Source of the DNA: a virus
Lineage: Duplodnaviria; Caudoviricetes
Virus record (IMG/VR): IMGVR_UViG_3300049140_000186
Coordinates: 1 to 64,000 of that record
Length of the DNA: 64,000 bases
Strand: one strand, 5' to 3'
Shown here: piece by piece, positions 45,792 through 55,594 of the stretch
How positions within the stretch are numbered: the first letter of the stretch is position 1
Layout: every line of letters begins with the position of its first letter
The notes under the pieces: generated by a model
The model's database searches: none
Seen by the model: the letters and a program-made list of their open reading frames with translations, nothing else
Told to the model about the DNA's origin: nothing
Program-made: the position numbers and the translations under genes

Positions 45792-45816
45792 AACATCTCG
45801 ACGGACCCAAAGTTCC
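45792..45816 (-). promoter_or_regulatory. EcfG/RpoE2 promoter
   Basis: GGAAC-N16-TGTT upstream of the SD. Confidence 0.7.
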
Positions 45817-45826
45817 GGAGGGGCCT

Positions 45827-46381
45827 GTGATTATTTTGGGCCTCGACATCGCTACGACGACGGGCTTCGCTTGGTATGAGCCCGGCTCATCGCTGTCATC
45901 TATCAAAACCGGCCTGATCAAGGCCGAAGGCGAGAATGCCGAGGAAAAGGCCGCGTCGATCGCGCAGCAGCTCGTGGCGCTGATCAAGCCCATGCGGCCG
46001 GATTTCGTCGCCGTCGAGCAGCCAATGCGCAACGTGGTCTCGTTCAAGAAGACGAAGCAGACGCTAGCCGGGCCCGTCGACGAGCAGACGATCAACCCGA
46101 ACGCGCTGCAGCTTTCCAGCCTGACCGGCGCCGCCATAGCGGTCATCGCTGCCTATCGCATCCCATGGGAGACGATCCCCTCGTCGACCTGGAGGAAGCA
46201 TTTCCTCGGCATGGGCCGCTCTCCCGGCTTTGACCGCGCCATGTGGAAGCGCGCCGCGGTCGAGCGCTGCCGGGTTTTCAAGATCGCGGTGAAGAACGCC
46301 GATGCTGCCGAATCCGTGGGGATCGCGATGGCCGGCGAGGCGACGCAGACATTCAAGATGATCGGGGCGAGGGCTGCGTGA
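45827..46381 (+). CDS. RuvC-like Holliday junction resolvase
   Basis: ILGLDIATTTGFA, VAVEQP, NADAAESVGI. Confidence 0.8.
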   Translation: MIILGLDIATTTGFAWYEPGSSLSSIKTGLIKAEGENAEEKAASIAQQLVALIKPMRPDFVAVEQPMRNVVSFKKTKQTLAGPVDEQTINPNALQLSSLTGAAIAVIAAYRIPWETIPSSTWRKHFLGMGRSPGFDRAMWKRAAVERCRVFKIAVKNADAAESVGIAMAGEATQTFKMIGARAA

Positions 46382-46386
46382 CCTTC

Positions 46387-47052
46387 TCAATCATCATCAA
46401 TAACACTGGTGATCGCCCTTGCGAGACGCTTTTCGTGCTCTTGGCCGAGGACCCGGTACTTGATTTCGAACTCGAACCTCGAGGCGATGGTCACCGGGTC
46501 TGTCACGGGTTCTCCGTTACGCGACAGGTGGATCTTCAGCGATCGCTCGGGTGGTGGCTCGTTATTTCGGTCGGTCCAGCCTTGGATAAGGAAGCTCCCG
46601 CTCTCACCCGCTCTAATTTGAGCGCGCCTGGAGAGGCGGCTCGCATCTTTTTTGTCGCTCAAATCCTCAACGGTAACATCGTTGCCGTTTCGGATTGTGA
46701 CGTCGCCCACCATCACCCGCCGTCGGTTCCAGTTCCTGACGGTCAGATAGATCTCGCGCGCGCGCCGGTTGCGGTAAATAAGGAAATCAGGCTCGGGGTC
46801 CCCGACAATAAAAGCCGTCTGGCGACGGGCTTCGACCACCTGGTGCCAAAGGATCGGGAGTGTGACGACGGCAGCGACGAACGCCGCCCAGCCACTGAGA
46901 GCGCTCACCCATTCTCGGACGCAGTGCTCCTCACCGACAACGCACCACGAGAACTCAGCCAGCACGGACGCCGCGATGAAGTAGGCGGCAAACCCGCCGA
47001 CAAGCGGGCCAACAATCACGTTGAACCAAAATATGAATTTCTGCTCCCCCAT
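46387..47052 (-). CDS. Membrane-anchored hypothetical protein (moron)
   Basis: Two N-terminal TM segments; antisense to the operon. Confidence 0.65.
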   Translation of the reverse strand: MGEQKFIFWFNVIVGPLVGGFAAYFIAASVLAEFSWCVVGEEHCVREWVSALSGWAAFVAAVVTLPILWHQVVEARRQTAFIVGDPEPDFLIYRNRRAREIYLTVRNWNRRRVMVGDVTIRNGNDVTVEDLSDKKDASRLSRRAQIRAGESGSFLIQGWTDRNNEPPPERSLKIHLSRNGEPVTDPVTIASRFEFEIKYRVLGQEHEKRLARAITSVIDDD

Positions 47053-47096
47053 GTCCGTTTGAATAGCATGGGTTCGGATCAGTTGGCGAGGGTGGC

Positions 47097-47294
47097 ATGA
47101 AGCACGCCCGCGACATGAACCCACGCGAGATCGAGCGCATGTGCGCCCGCGTCTATCTCAATGAGGCGCGTCGGCGGCGGGGGCAGTCTTTTGCCGCCAC
47201 ATTGCTCCAATGGGCGAAGAACGCCCGCAACCGCGCGAACGCGTGGCGGCCCGCTCCACCTGCACAGGGCGATCTGTTCGGAGGTCGGCAATGA
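47097..47294 (+). CDS. Hypothetical protein
   Basis: ARVYLNEARRRR...LLQWA.NA...QGDLF. Confidence 0.6.
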   Translation: MKHARDMNPREIERMCARVYLNEARRRRGQSFAATLLQWAKNARNRANAWRPAPPAQGDLFGGRQ

Positions 47295-48730
47295 ACGCTC
47301 ATCCCCGCGAGTTCCGCGCCCCGCTCCCCGATGCCATTGAGGCCGAACAGGCCCTACTAGGCGCGGTTTTCCTCGACAACTCCAATTACTGGAAGGTCGC
47401 GGGCTTCCTGCAGCCCAAGCATTTCTCCGAGCCGGCGAACGCCTTGGTCTATGAGGTGGTCGGCAAGATGATCGCCGAGGGCCGGCCGGCCAATCCGCTG
47501 ACGATCAAGCCGTACATTCCAGCCGCTGACATGATCGGCGAGATCAGTTTCTTCCAGTATGTCATCGAGCTTGGCCGCCAGGCTGTCGGCGGGGCCGCGG
47601 TGTACGAGAACGGCCGCGCGGTGATGGAGATATGGGCCCGGCGGCAGTTGATCGCGGCGGCGCAAGACCTTGAGGCGCTGGCGCGCAACATGCCGATCGA
47701 CATGACGCCGGAGAAGATCATCTGCCACACGGCCGGCGACCTCACCAGGATCGCGCAGGAAGGCAACGAACGGGCCGCATCGCAAAAATATGGCGTGGTG
47801 CTGCCGAAGGCCGTCGACAAGGCCGCGAAGGATAGCGGGGACACTGCGTCCCGCATTCCATGGTTCCTGCCGGAGATCACAGCAGCGCTGGGCGATGTCC
47901 GTCGCGGCAACCTCGTCGGGCTCATGTCCGATTCCGGCGGCGGCAAGACCTCGTTCTCTCTCCAGCAGTGCCGGTTTGCGGCATCGCGTGGGTTCAAGAC
48001 GGCGTTCTTCTCCATCGAAATCACGGACGAGGAAGCTGCGCTCCAGGCCGCTGCACAGCAGACGCATATCCCGCTAGGTCGGATCGACGCCTTCACGCTC
48101 CAGACCAAGGAGAAGGAAGCCCTGGAGGGCGAGATGACCATTTCCGCCGATCTGCCGTTCTACATCGTCGGGTTTGGCGAATGCTCGCTTTCGGACGTCC
48201 GGATCAAGGCGGAAGCCATGGTCAAGAGCCAGGGGCTGGATTTGATAATGATCGACCACGCCAAGATGATCGCCCTGCCCAATCCGAAGGACATCTTCGC
48301 CGACCGGGTGAACGCGCTCTACCGAGGGCTTAAGGCGCTGGCAAAGACGCTGAACGTCGCCATCGTCATCCTGATCCAGCGAAACGATGATTGGAAGAAG
48401 CGCTGGCAGTCAGGCGGCATCATCCGCCCGATGATGGGCGACGCCTATGGCGGCTCGGGTGTGAAACAGAACCTCGACGTGTGGTTCAGCCTGTACCGTC
48501 CAGAGCCGCTCTACAAGGAACTGATCCCGCAAACGCAGCGGCAGGAAAAGCGCGAAGAGCTGATCCAGAAATACGAACGCTCCCGCGGCAAGGCTCAAAT
48601 CATCAACCACAAACGGCGGCGCGGCGAGCCGGGCGTTTCGCCCGAAATCCGCTTCGAGGCCGAATACACCATGTTCGCATCGCTGGCCGAAGATTTGCCG
48701 CCGGCGTTCGAAGGATTCGAGGGCTTCTGA
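47291..48730 (+). CDS. dnaB: DnaB-like replicative helicase
   Basis: N-terminal AEQALLGAVFLDN; Walker A SGGGKTS; FSIE; IMIDH. Confidence 0.85.
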   Translation: MNAHPREFRAPLPDAIEAEQALLGAVFLDNSNYWKVAGFLQPKHFSEPANALVYEVVGKMIAEGRPANPLTIKPYIPAADMIGEISFFQYVIELGRQAVGGAAVYENGRAVMEIWARRQLIAAAQDLEALARNMPIDMTPEKIICHTAGDLTRIAQEGNERAASQKYGVVLPKAVDKAAKDSGDTASRIPWFLPEITAALGDVRRGNLVGLMSDSGGGKTSFSLQQCRFAASRGFKTAFFSIEITDEEAALQAAAQQTHIPLGRIDAFTLQTKEKEALEGEMTISADLPFYIVGFGECSLSDVRIKAEAMVKSQGLDLIMIDHAKMIALPNPKDIFADRVNALYRGLKALAKTLNVAIVILIQRNDDWKKRWQSGGIIRPMMGDAYGGSGVKQNLDVWFSLYRPEPLYKELIPQTQRQEKREELIQKYERSRGKAQIINHKRRRGEPGVSPEIRFEAEYTMFASLAEDLPPAFEGFEGF

Positions 48731-49068
48731 TGACCACCAAGCCTTGGCGCTCCGGCCATTTCAAGAACGGCTACGTCGGCGAGTTCCTGCCATGCGGGCA
48801 GCGGACCTGGCGCATGGTCAAATCCAATGGCGAGCCGATCATCTTCGCGACGGCCCGTGCAGCCATCAGCGCGGCGGAGAACGCATACATCGCCCGGCTT
48901 GAGCCGACGATCCGCGCCACGCTGCCGGTCAATCCTGATCGTCTGGAAGCCAAGCTATCGGCAGAGGCGGAGCAGTGGATCAGATCGAGCCGCGAGGACA
49001 AGCAGAAGGCGCAGACGCAACATCGGGCCGGTCGACGGCCTTTGCAGATTTTGACCGGGAGAGCGTGA
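48730..49068 (+). CDS. Hypothetical protein
   Basis: Coupled ORF. Confidence 0.6.
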   Translation: MTTKPWRSGHFKNGYVGEFLPCGQRTWRMVKSNGEPIIFATARAAISAAENAYIARLEPTIRATLPVNPDRLEAKLSAEAEQWIRSSREDKQKAQTQHRAGRRPLQILTGRA

Positions 49069-49340
49069 TGGCACGGGATACACGAGACCCTGAGAAGCGC
49101 CAGGAGTGGAAAGTCAGGAAAAGCCTCGAAATCCGGGCGATGATCCGGGAAGCATCCGAGAACATGAAGGCGGCAGGTGTGCACTTGGACGTTTACGATC
49201 GCGTCCCGCCTGAACAAGTGGCCGCCCGCAGGATTTGGGACAGTTTCTCCGATAGACGGACCCTGACCGGCAGGTTGCTCGGCGACCCCATACCGGAGCG
49301 GTCCGCATGGTGGGAAAAGCGGATGGAGGCTGCGGAGTGA
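49068..49340 (+). CDS. Hypothetical protein
   Basis: LTGRLLGDP.PERSA motif. Confidence 0.6.
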   Translation: MARDTRDPEKRQEWKVRKSLEIRAMIREASENMKAAGVHLDVYDRVPPEQVAARRIWDSFSDRRTLTGRLLGDPIPERSAWWEKRMEAAE

Positions 49341-49777
49341 CAGACCCGCGCGTCCAATCCCTGTGCGACGAGTTCGGCGTGATCATCGTGCCGAAATCGG
49401 CCTATCCGGGGCCGGGAGAGACGCGCGCCGTCGGCACACTGCAGAAGATCATCGGCCGCCACGGCATGGAACATGCGCGCCTGGTCATGACGACGCTGGC
49501 GGAGACCGAGAACAACAAGCTCGCCTTAGAAGGCGCGGCTTTCGGCGCGGCATCCGATCTGATCCGCGCCAAGCCGGAATGGGTCGAGGACACCGACAAA
49601 TGGTATGCGGTGTGGGATCGCTGCCCGGTCGGCGAGCTTCAGGCTCTCACCCACGAGCTCCGCGGCTTCGTCTCGATGCGAAGCGCTCTCGCTGGGCTCA
49701 TCTATGAGCGCATGTGGCGCGCGTATGGGCCGCGTTCAATTCAACCTGATTTGCTTGATGATAGGCGGCGGCCATGA
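49337..49777 (+). CDS. Hypothetical protein
   Basis: Coupled ORF, PGETRAVGTL. Confidence 0.6.
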   Translation: MTDPRVQSLCDEFGVIIVPKSAYPGPGETRAVGTLQKIIGRHGMEHARLVMTTLAETENNKLALEGAAFGAASDLIRAKPEWVEDTDKWYAVWDRCPVGELQALTHELRGFVSMRSALAGLIYERMWRAYGPRSIQPDLLDDRRRP

Positions 49778-50460
49778 ACATAGGCGACATTGCACAGACC
49801 TTCATCCGGGCGGCCGAGATCGACCGCAACACAATGGAGCATGTCGGGCCGGCGGCGTTGCGGGCTCAACAGCTTCCGTATGTCCATACCTTTGCGGACA
49901 AGGCCGGCTGGCGAAAAGAACCCGGCGACAAGCTCGCCAAGGGCGAAGACCCGCTCGCCGACGAGCGCAAGGCATTCTGGGAGCGCATCGGCCTCATGCC
50001 GACGGCGGCCGAGATCAGCGCCATGGAGGTCATATTCGTCTGGCTGACCGGTCTCGGTGACGATTGCGAGCGCCGCGCCCTTCTGGCTTGGGCCCGGGCA
50101 AAGGCAGGTGGCAAATCATTCCGACGCTGGTGCTTCAAGGTCGAGGGCATCCATCCGGAGACTGGCAGAAGGCGGAAAGACCGCGCTTTGCAGCGGATTT
50201 CAGATCATCTGGCCGGAAAACGCGATTTGCATGACGAAAACCGGGAAATCAGGGTGTTGGCATGCGGGCATGAAATCAGCGATGTTTCCGATACGATCGC
50301 AGAAGATGCGGGCAAGCGTGACGGGCTCAATAGCTGGCTTGCCGACGATGCGTTCACCTCCTTCATTTCAAACGAACCCGCCTCGGCGTTCTCATGGGCA
50401 GCCAAGCGCAACGAGCGCCGGCGCCAGCAAGAGGCGAAGCGGCGGAAGGAGGCGGCATAG
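49774..50460 (+). CDS. Putative late-transcription regulator (Q position)
   Basis: Last early gene; C-terminal HTH-like FRRWC..EGIHPETGRRR. Confidence 0.5.
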   Translation: MNIGDIAQTFIRAAEIDRNTMEHVGPAALRAQQLPYVHTFADKAGWRKEPGDKLAKGEDPLADERKAFWERIGLMPTAAEISAMEVIFVWLTGLGDDCERRALLAWARAKAGGKSFRRWCFKVEGIHPETGRRRKDRALQRISDHLAGKRDLHDENREIRVLACGHEISDVSDTIAEDAGKRDGLNSWLADDAFTSFISNEPASAFSWAAKRNERRRQQEAKRRKEAA

Positions 50461-50525
50461 GTTTCAGAGACTTCGCCCAACCCTCTAGGGGGGCAGGCGC
50501 GGCCCCGGTCGCTTAGAAGGCCACG

Positions 50526-51338
50526 TCAAAAAAATGGCCTGAAATACTCCAAAATCAAACGGACCTGGCCAGTGAGTCTCACCAGAGTCGGACCAAGCTC
50601 AACTAGATCTTCTCCCGCCACAAGCGACACATTTGCCCTTACATCGAAGGTCTGATTGACCTTCACTATGGGGTTCTTCGTTCGCCACCGGAAAAACACC
50701 TCACCTTCTCGGAGGGGAAGAATAACTTCAATATTTGGCTGGACGTTTTGACCTGCGGCTTCTTCAGACGCAAATTCAACTCCGCCCGCAAAATTCATCG
50801 CCGACGTCGCCAACGTTGCGGCGACAGGGGCCCGATGTTTGTCCGAAATATTTATTCGGTGGAGGAGCAGCAAGGGATCATCCTGCGGCATTCCCTCACA
50901 GACACCATCCTGGGTGCGACCGGAGCGCTGAAATGGCTGGATATCGCGTAGCGCGGTCGCTGCCGCGTCAGGGAGCTGCGGTAGAAGCCCCTTTGTATTT
51001 TGGGCGAAATCGGCGGCGGTTACTGAAATCGGGAACTGTATATAGCGAGGTTTTGGCGGTGGGTCGCATTTTAATCGGGCGAGAGCGTACGTTAAATTGT
51101 CGAGCGCGCTGCGGACGTTATGCAAACATTCGCCGGCCGGCAGCCCAAATTGGTCAACTGCCGCTTTCGCCAACGCCTTGAGGTGAATCTCAAAGCCTAG
51201 CCTGTCTGGAAGGAGAGCGCCCACTCCTGTTAGCGGGCTATCGGCCGCCCATTGCTGAACCAATTGGACAAGTTCGTTTGCCTGGACCTCTGCTCGGTTC
51301 ACCCGCAAATCAATGGGCTTTAAAAACTCTGCGCTCAC
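50526..51338 (-). CDS. Uncharacterised low-GC moron, possible HEPN-like protein
   Basis: HNVRSALD...FP...QPF...RINISDKHR; same family as 25428-26147. Confidence 0.65.
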   Translation of the reverse strand: MSAEFLKPIDLRVNRAEVQANELVQLVQQWAADSPLTGVGALLPDRLGFEIHLKALAKAAVDQFGLPAGECLHNVRSALDNLTYALARLKCDPPPKPRYIQFPISVTAADFAQNTKGLLPQLPDAAATALRDIQPFQRSGRTQDGVCEGMPQDDPLLLLHRINISDKHRAPVAATLATSAMNFAGGVEFASEEAAGQNVQPNIEVILPLREGEVFFRWRTKNPIVKVNQTFDVRANVSLVAGEDLVELGPTLVRLTGQVRLILEYFRPFF

Positions 51339-51387
51339 CGCCCATTCTTTCTGAAAAACAATCAAACCCCGCCACAGGAAATCAAAC

Positions 51388-51684
51388 ATGGCCCGCGGTG
51401 GCAATAGACCTGGAGCCGGCCGGAAGCGCGGTGCACCGAATAAAGCATCGGCAGCACGCCAAGCGAAGGTAGCCGCAACCGGTATCACACCTCTCGACTA
51501 CATGCTGAAGATCATGCGCGACCCGGAGGCCGACGACGATCGGCGAGACGAGATGGCGAAAGCCGCTGCTCCTTATGTTCATCCCAAGCTCGCCTCGGTC
51601 CAGCACACCGGCAAAGATGGCGGTCCTATCCAAACCGAGACACGGACATGGAGGGATGTCTTAAGGCAAGAGGGTGACGAGTGA
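51388..51684 (+). CDS. terS: Terminase small subunit
   Basis: GGNRPGAGRKRG.PNK...PLDYML...AKAAAPYVHPKL. Confidence 0.8.
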   Translation: MARGGNRPGAGRKRGAPNKASAARQAKVAATGITPLDYMLKIMRDPEADDDRRDEMAKAAAPYVHPKLASVQHTGKDGGPIQTETRTWRDVLRQEGDE

Positions 51685-53099
51685 ATGCTCATGCCCCTCT
51701 CACCAATCCCGCGCTCTATGACTTCTGGGAGCAGGTATTTCTGGGGCAGGTGGACACTGCCGTCCTTCATGGAGGTCGCTCCAGCTCTAAAACGAGGGAT
51801 ACTGCTTGCCAGCTTGTCAGGCTGATCGATCACGTTCCGGTCAAGATGCGCGTGCTGTGCATCAGGCGTTTTCAGAACCGCATTCAGGAATCGGTCTATA
51901 CCGAGCTTAAGTGGGCGATCAATCACCTCGGGTTGAGCGGTTCGTTCGCCATCCAGAAGACGACGATCATCCACATTCCCTCGGGTTCGGAGTTCATCTT
52001 CTACGGCATCGAGCGCAACCTTGAGGACATCAAGGGCACGTCCGATATCGACATTCTTTGGGTTGAGGAGGCGGAAAAACTCACTGAGGATCAGTGGATC
52101 GTCATCGCGCCGACCATCCGTAAGGAAGACAGCCTGGCGATACTGCTGTTCAACCCGAAATTCGTCACGGACTATGTGTGGCGCAACTTCGTCGTGAACG
52201 TTCCGCCACATTGTGTCGTCAGGCGCATAAATTACACGGAGAACCTGTTCCTCTCGCAGAAGGCTTTGCGCGACATCGCCTTGATGAAGGATCGCGATCC
52301 CGAGACCTTTGAGCACATCTACGGGGGTGTACCGCTAGGGGATAGCGAGCTTTCGATATTCAAACGCCGTTGGCTCGATGCCTGCGTGGACGCCCACAAG
52401 GTGCTGGGCATCAAGCTTACGAGCCGAAATATCGTAGGCTTCGATCCCGCTGACGATGGCGAGGACAAGTGCGCCACGGCCGATAAGATCGGCGGCGTGT
52501 TTGCAGATGCCGAGGACTGGTCGTCGGGCAAGGATGAACTCGTCCAGAACGCCAAGCGTGTCTGGGCCAAGGCGAAGAACCTAAAGTCCTCCGTTTCCTA
52601 CGACACGATCGGCGTCGGCGCGTTCGTCGGTGGCTATATAGACGAGCAGAACAAGGCCAACAAAGCCGACGTGGGGCATCATGCCTTCCATGCTGGCGGC
52701 GCGGTGATGGACGGCGACAAGCCGAGCGATCCGCACAACAAGAATAGCCCGCTGAACAAGGACGAATATCTGAACCTCAAGGCGCAGGCTTGGGCGAATA
52801 CGGCCCGCAGGGCGATGTTGACGTTCAACGCCATCACCCGAGGGCAGCCAATCAAGCCAGAGGATATTCTGTCGTTCTCGTCCGAAATGGGCGCTCAGAA
52901 ACTGGATGCGCTGTTCACCGAACTGTGCGTGCCATGGTGGGTGGAACGCGAAGGCAAGAAGCGCGTCGTGCCGAAGGTGAAGCTCAAGAAGGACTTGGGC
53001 GTGAAGTCGCACAACCTCGCTGACGCGGTGATCGCCGCTGACAATGTAAATATGGCGGGCGCCTACACCATCGCCGACCTGAAGAAAGCCTTCGCATGA
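51681..53099 (+). CDS. terL: PBSX-family terminase large subunit
   Basis: HGGRSSSKT, RRFQNRIQESV, WVEEA, FNP, GFDPADDG. Confidence 0.92.
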   Translation: MNAHAPLTNPALYDFWEQVFLGQVDTAVLHGGRSSSKTRDTACQLVRLIDHVPVKMRVLCIRRFQNRIQESVYTELKWAINHLGLSGSFAIQKTTIIHIPSGSEFIFYGIERNLEDIKGTSDIDILWVEEAEKLTEDQWIVIAPTIRKEDSLAILLFNPKFVTDYVWRNFVVNVPPHCVVRRINYTENLFLSQKALRDIALMKDRDPETFEHIYGGVPLGDSELSIFKRRWLDACVDAHKVLGIKLTSRNIVGFDPADDGEDKCATADKIGGVFADAEDWSSGKDELVQNAKRVWAKAKNLKSSVSYDTIGVGAFVGGYIDEQNKANKADVGHHAFHAGGAVMDGDKPSDPHNKNSPLNKDEYLNLKAQAWANTARRAMLTFNAITRGQPIKPEDILSFSSEMGAQKLDALFTELCVPWWVEREGKKRVVPKVKLKKDLGVKSHNLADAVIAADNVNMAGAYTIADLKKAFA

Positions 53100-54472
53100 A
53101 TGATCTCGTCAAACCGCGTATCCGCATGCATGCGGACGGCACGGTCACGTTCATGGACGGCTTTGCCAATCTCCTGTCGGGGCTTGGCCTCGGCAATCCG
53201 AAGACCGCGGCGAACACCTATCTGCTGAATTGCTCGCAACAGGATCTCGAATCGGCCTACCGCACGTCGACCTGGTTCGGCAAGATCGTCGATATCCCGG
53301 CCGATGATGCGACCCGGGCATGGCGCTCATGGCAGGCCGACAAGGAACAGATCGAGCTTCTGGAGGCGGAGGAGAAGCGCCTGCAGGTCAGGCAGAAGGT
53401 GCGCCAGGCGCTGATCTGGTCGCGCCTGTACGGTGGCGCCGTGATTATCCCCGGCGGTCTGCCCGGTGCGCCTGACAAGCCGTTGCCGATCGATCGCGTG
53501 GGGAAGGGGACCATCAAGTTCCTGACCGTGCTGCACCGGTTCGACGACATCACGCCGCTTAGCGTTGTCCGCGATCCGCTGAGCGAGTTCTACGGGCAGC
53601 CGGAGTACTGGACCATCAACGGCCAGAGCGGCCAGCAGACGACGCTCCACCCGTCCCGCGTCATCCTCGTGAACGGCCGCAAGACGCCTTCACGGCTCGG
53701 CGGCGAGGAAATCTGGGGCGATAGCGTCTGGATGCACCTCGAGGACGCGGTGCGCAACGCTGACGCCGGCGCTGCTGTTGTCGGCGCGCTGATGCAGGAA
53801 GCCAAGATCGACGTCGTCCGTGTCCCCGACATGATGATGGGCATGGCGACCGCTGAATATGAAGCGGTCATGATGAAGCGCTTCCGCATGGCGGCGATGC
53901 TGAAGAGCGTTTCCAACGTGCTGCTGCTCGACAAGGATGACGAGTGGGATCAGAAGCAGATCACATGGGCCGGCATTCCCGATGTGGTGACGCTGCTGCT
54001 CACCATCCTGTCCGGCGCGGCCGACATTCCGGTGACGCGCCTGATCGGGACCAGCGCCAAGGGGCTGAACGCCACGGGTGAGGGCGATCTGCGGAACTAC
54101 TACGACAACGTCAATGCCAAGCAGGATCTGGTCCTGTCGCCCGCGCTGACGCCGCTCGACGAAATGCTGATCCGTTCCGCGCTCGGCTCCCGGCCGGCCG
54201 AGGTCTGGTATTCTTGGAAGTCGCTATTCCAGCCGACCGACAAGGAACAGGCCGAAGTCGACAAGCTGGAAGCCGAGACGACGAACATCTACGCGACCTC
54301 CGGGCTTCTGCCTACCGATGCGCTCGCCAAGACGGTTCAAAACCGCATGATCGAAAGCGGCCGCTGGCCCGGCCTTGAGCAGGCGCTTGAGGAATCGAAG
54401 ATGGAGCTTGAGGCTCCCGATCCGGCAGAGGATCCGGACGCAGAGCCAGGCGACCGCATTGAGGAGATTTAG
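53096..54472 (+). CDS. Portal protein (DUF1073/Anti-CBASS Acb1-adjacent head type)
   Basis: KIVDIPADDATR.W, SRLYGGA, IPVTRL.G.S.KGLNATGEGDL.NYYD. Confidence 0.85.
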   Translation: MNDLVKPRIRMHADGTVTFMDGFANLLSGLGLGNPKTAANTYLLNCSQQDLESAYRTSTWFGKIVDIPADDATRAWRSWQADKEQIELLEAEEKRLQVRQKVRQALIWSRLYGGAVIIPGGLPGAPDKPLPIDRVGKGTIKFLTVLHRFDDITPLSVVRDPLSEFYGQPEYWTINGQSGQQTTLHPSRVILVNGRKTPSRLGGEEIWGDSVWMHLEDAVRNADAGAAVVGALMQEAKIDVVRVPDMMMGMATAEYEAVMMKRFRMAAMLKSVSNVLLLDKDDEWDQKQITWAGIPDVVTLLLTILSGAADIPVTRLIGTSAKGLNATGEGDLRNYYDNVNAKQDLVLSPALTPLDEMLIRSALGSRPAEVWYSWKSLFQPTDKEQAEVDKLEAETTNIYATSGLLPTDALAKTVQNRMIESGRWPGLEQALEESKMELEAPDPAEDPDAEPGDRIEEI

Positions 54473-54711
54473 CGGGAGCGCGCCGCCATTTCTCTCAACA
54501 GCATTTCGGCCATCGCTGCGACCTCCTGCAGGTCATACTCGTTGCCTTCTGCGTCGATCTCCTGGCCGCTGTGCCTCATTCTGATATCGAGTGCATCAGG
54601 CGGCTCTGCGTAGCGGTGCGTCGAAAAGGCCGCTCCGGTGCCACGATGCTGCACCTCTTGGTCGCTAATTACCTCGAATTGATCTCTCGTCACTGGCGTC
54701 GTCGACATCAT
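54469..54711 (-). CDS. Small hypothetical moron
   Basis: SD GGAGG; antisense, between portal and minor head genes. Confidence 0.6.
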   Translation of the reverse strand: MMSTTPVTRDQFEVISDQEVQHRGTGAAFSTHRYAEPPDALDIRMRHSGQEIDAEGNEYDLQEVAAMAEMLLREMAARSR

Positions 54712-54772
54712 CGGTCCTCCGTTTCACAGACCATATCCGATGCTAGGCTCGGCGCGAACTGCGGATTTTTTA

Positions 54773-55594
54773 ATGAAAATCGACCTCCGCCGCATGGCTA
54801 AGGCGCAGGGCATCCGCAAGCCTCGCATTGAGACCGCCGCCATTGTGACCACCAAGGCGCAAGCCGACGATCTGGCGCGGCTCTACATTCGCACGGTGCG
54901 GATATGGGCCGTTGGCGCCCGCGACCGCATCAAGCCTGCCTATGCCCGCGCGCTGACAGAGCAGAAGGCAATGGGCGGCCTGACGCTGGACAGGGCCGGC
55001 GATGTGGAAGTCGAGATCGAGGCCGTGAACAACGAGGCGGTCCGCTCGATCTTCACATTTCGCGGGCTGCTTCAATCATGGGCCGAGACCATCCAGTCTT
55101 GGCACATGCGCCGGTTCGTCTCGCAACTGGTCTATTCGACGAATGTGGACCTCTCGACGCAGATGCATGCCGGCGAGGTGCAGGAGACGATAGAGGACGT
55201 GCTCGCCCGCAACATGGCGCTGATCCGCGACGTATCGGACCAGGCGCGGGGTCGGATTTCCGACATCCTGTTCCGCGGGCTGCAGAACCGAACGCCGGTC
55301 AAGGAAGTGGCGGCAGAGATCGCCAAGGTGACGGGGCTTGCGCGCACGCGGGCATTGAACATCGCCAGCGACCAGACCGTGAAGCTTTCGGCCTCGCTCG
55401 ATCGCCAGCGGCAATTGCAGGTCGGCATGACCAGCTTCGAATGGCGGCATAGCGGGAAGCTGCATTACCGGCCCGCGCACAAGGCGAGGAACGGCAAGGC
55501 GTTCGCCTGGAACAGCGATGTCGCCCGCAACGATGCGCCCGGCATGGCTCCGTTCTGCGGATGCAAGACCAAGGGCGTGCTGGAACTGGATTGA
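54773..55594 (+). CDS. Minor head/head morphogenesis protein (SPP1 gp7-like)
   Basis: RALNIASDQT.KL...WRHSG...R..H...PG..PFCGC. Confidence 0.85.
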   Translation: MKIDLRRMAKAQGIRKPRIETAAIVTTKAQADDLARLYIRTVRIWAVGARDRIKPAYARALTEQKAMGGLTLDRAGDVEVEIEAVNNEAVRSIFTFRGLLQSWAETIQSWHMRRFVSQLVYSTNVDLSTQMHAGEVQETIEDVLARNMALIRDVSDQARGRISDILFRGLQNRTPVKEVAAEIAKVTGLARTRALNIASDQTVKLSASLDRQRQLQVGMTSFEWRHSGKLHYRPAHKARNGKAFAWNSDVARNDAPGMAPFCGCKTKGVLELD

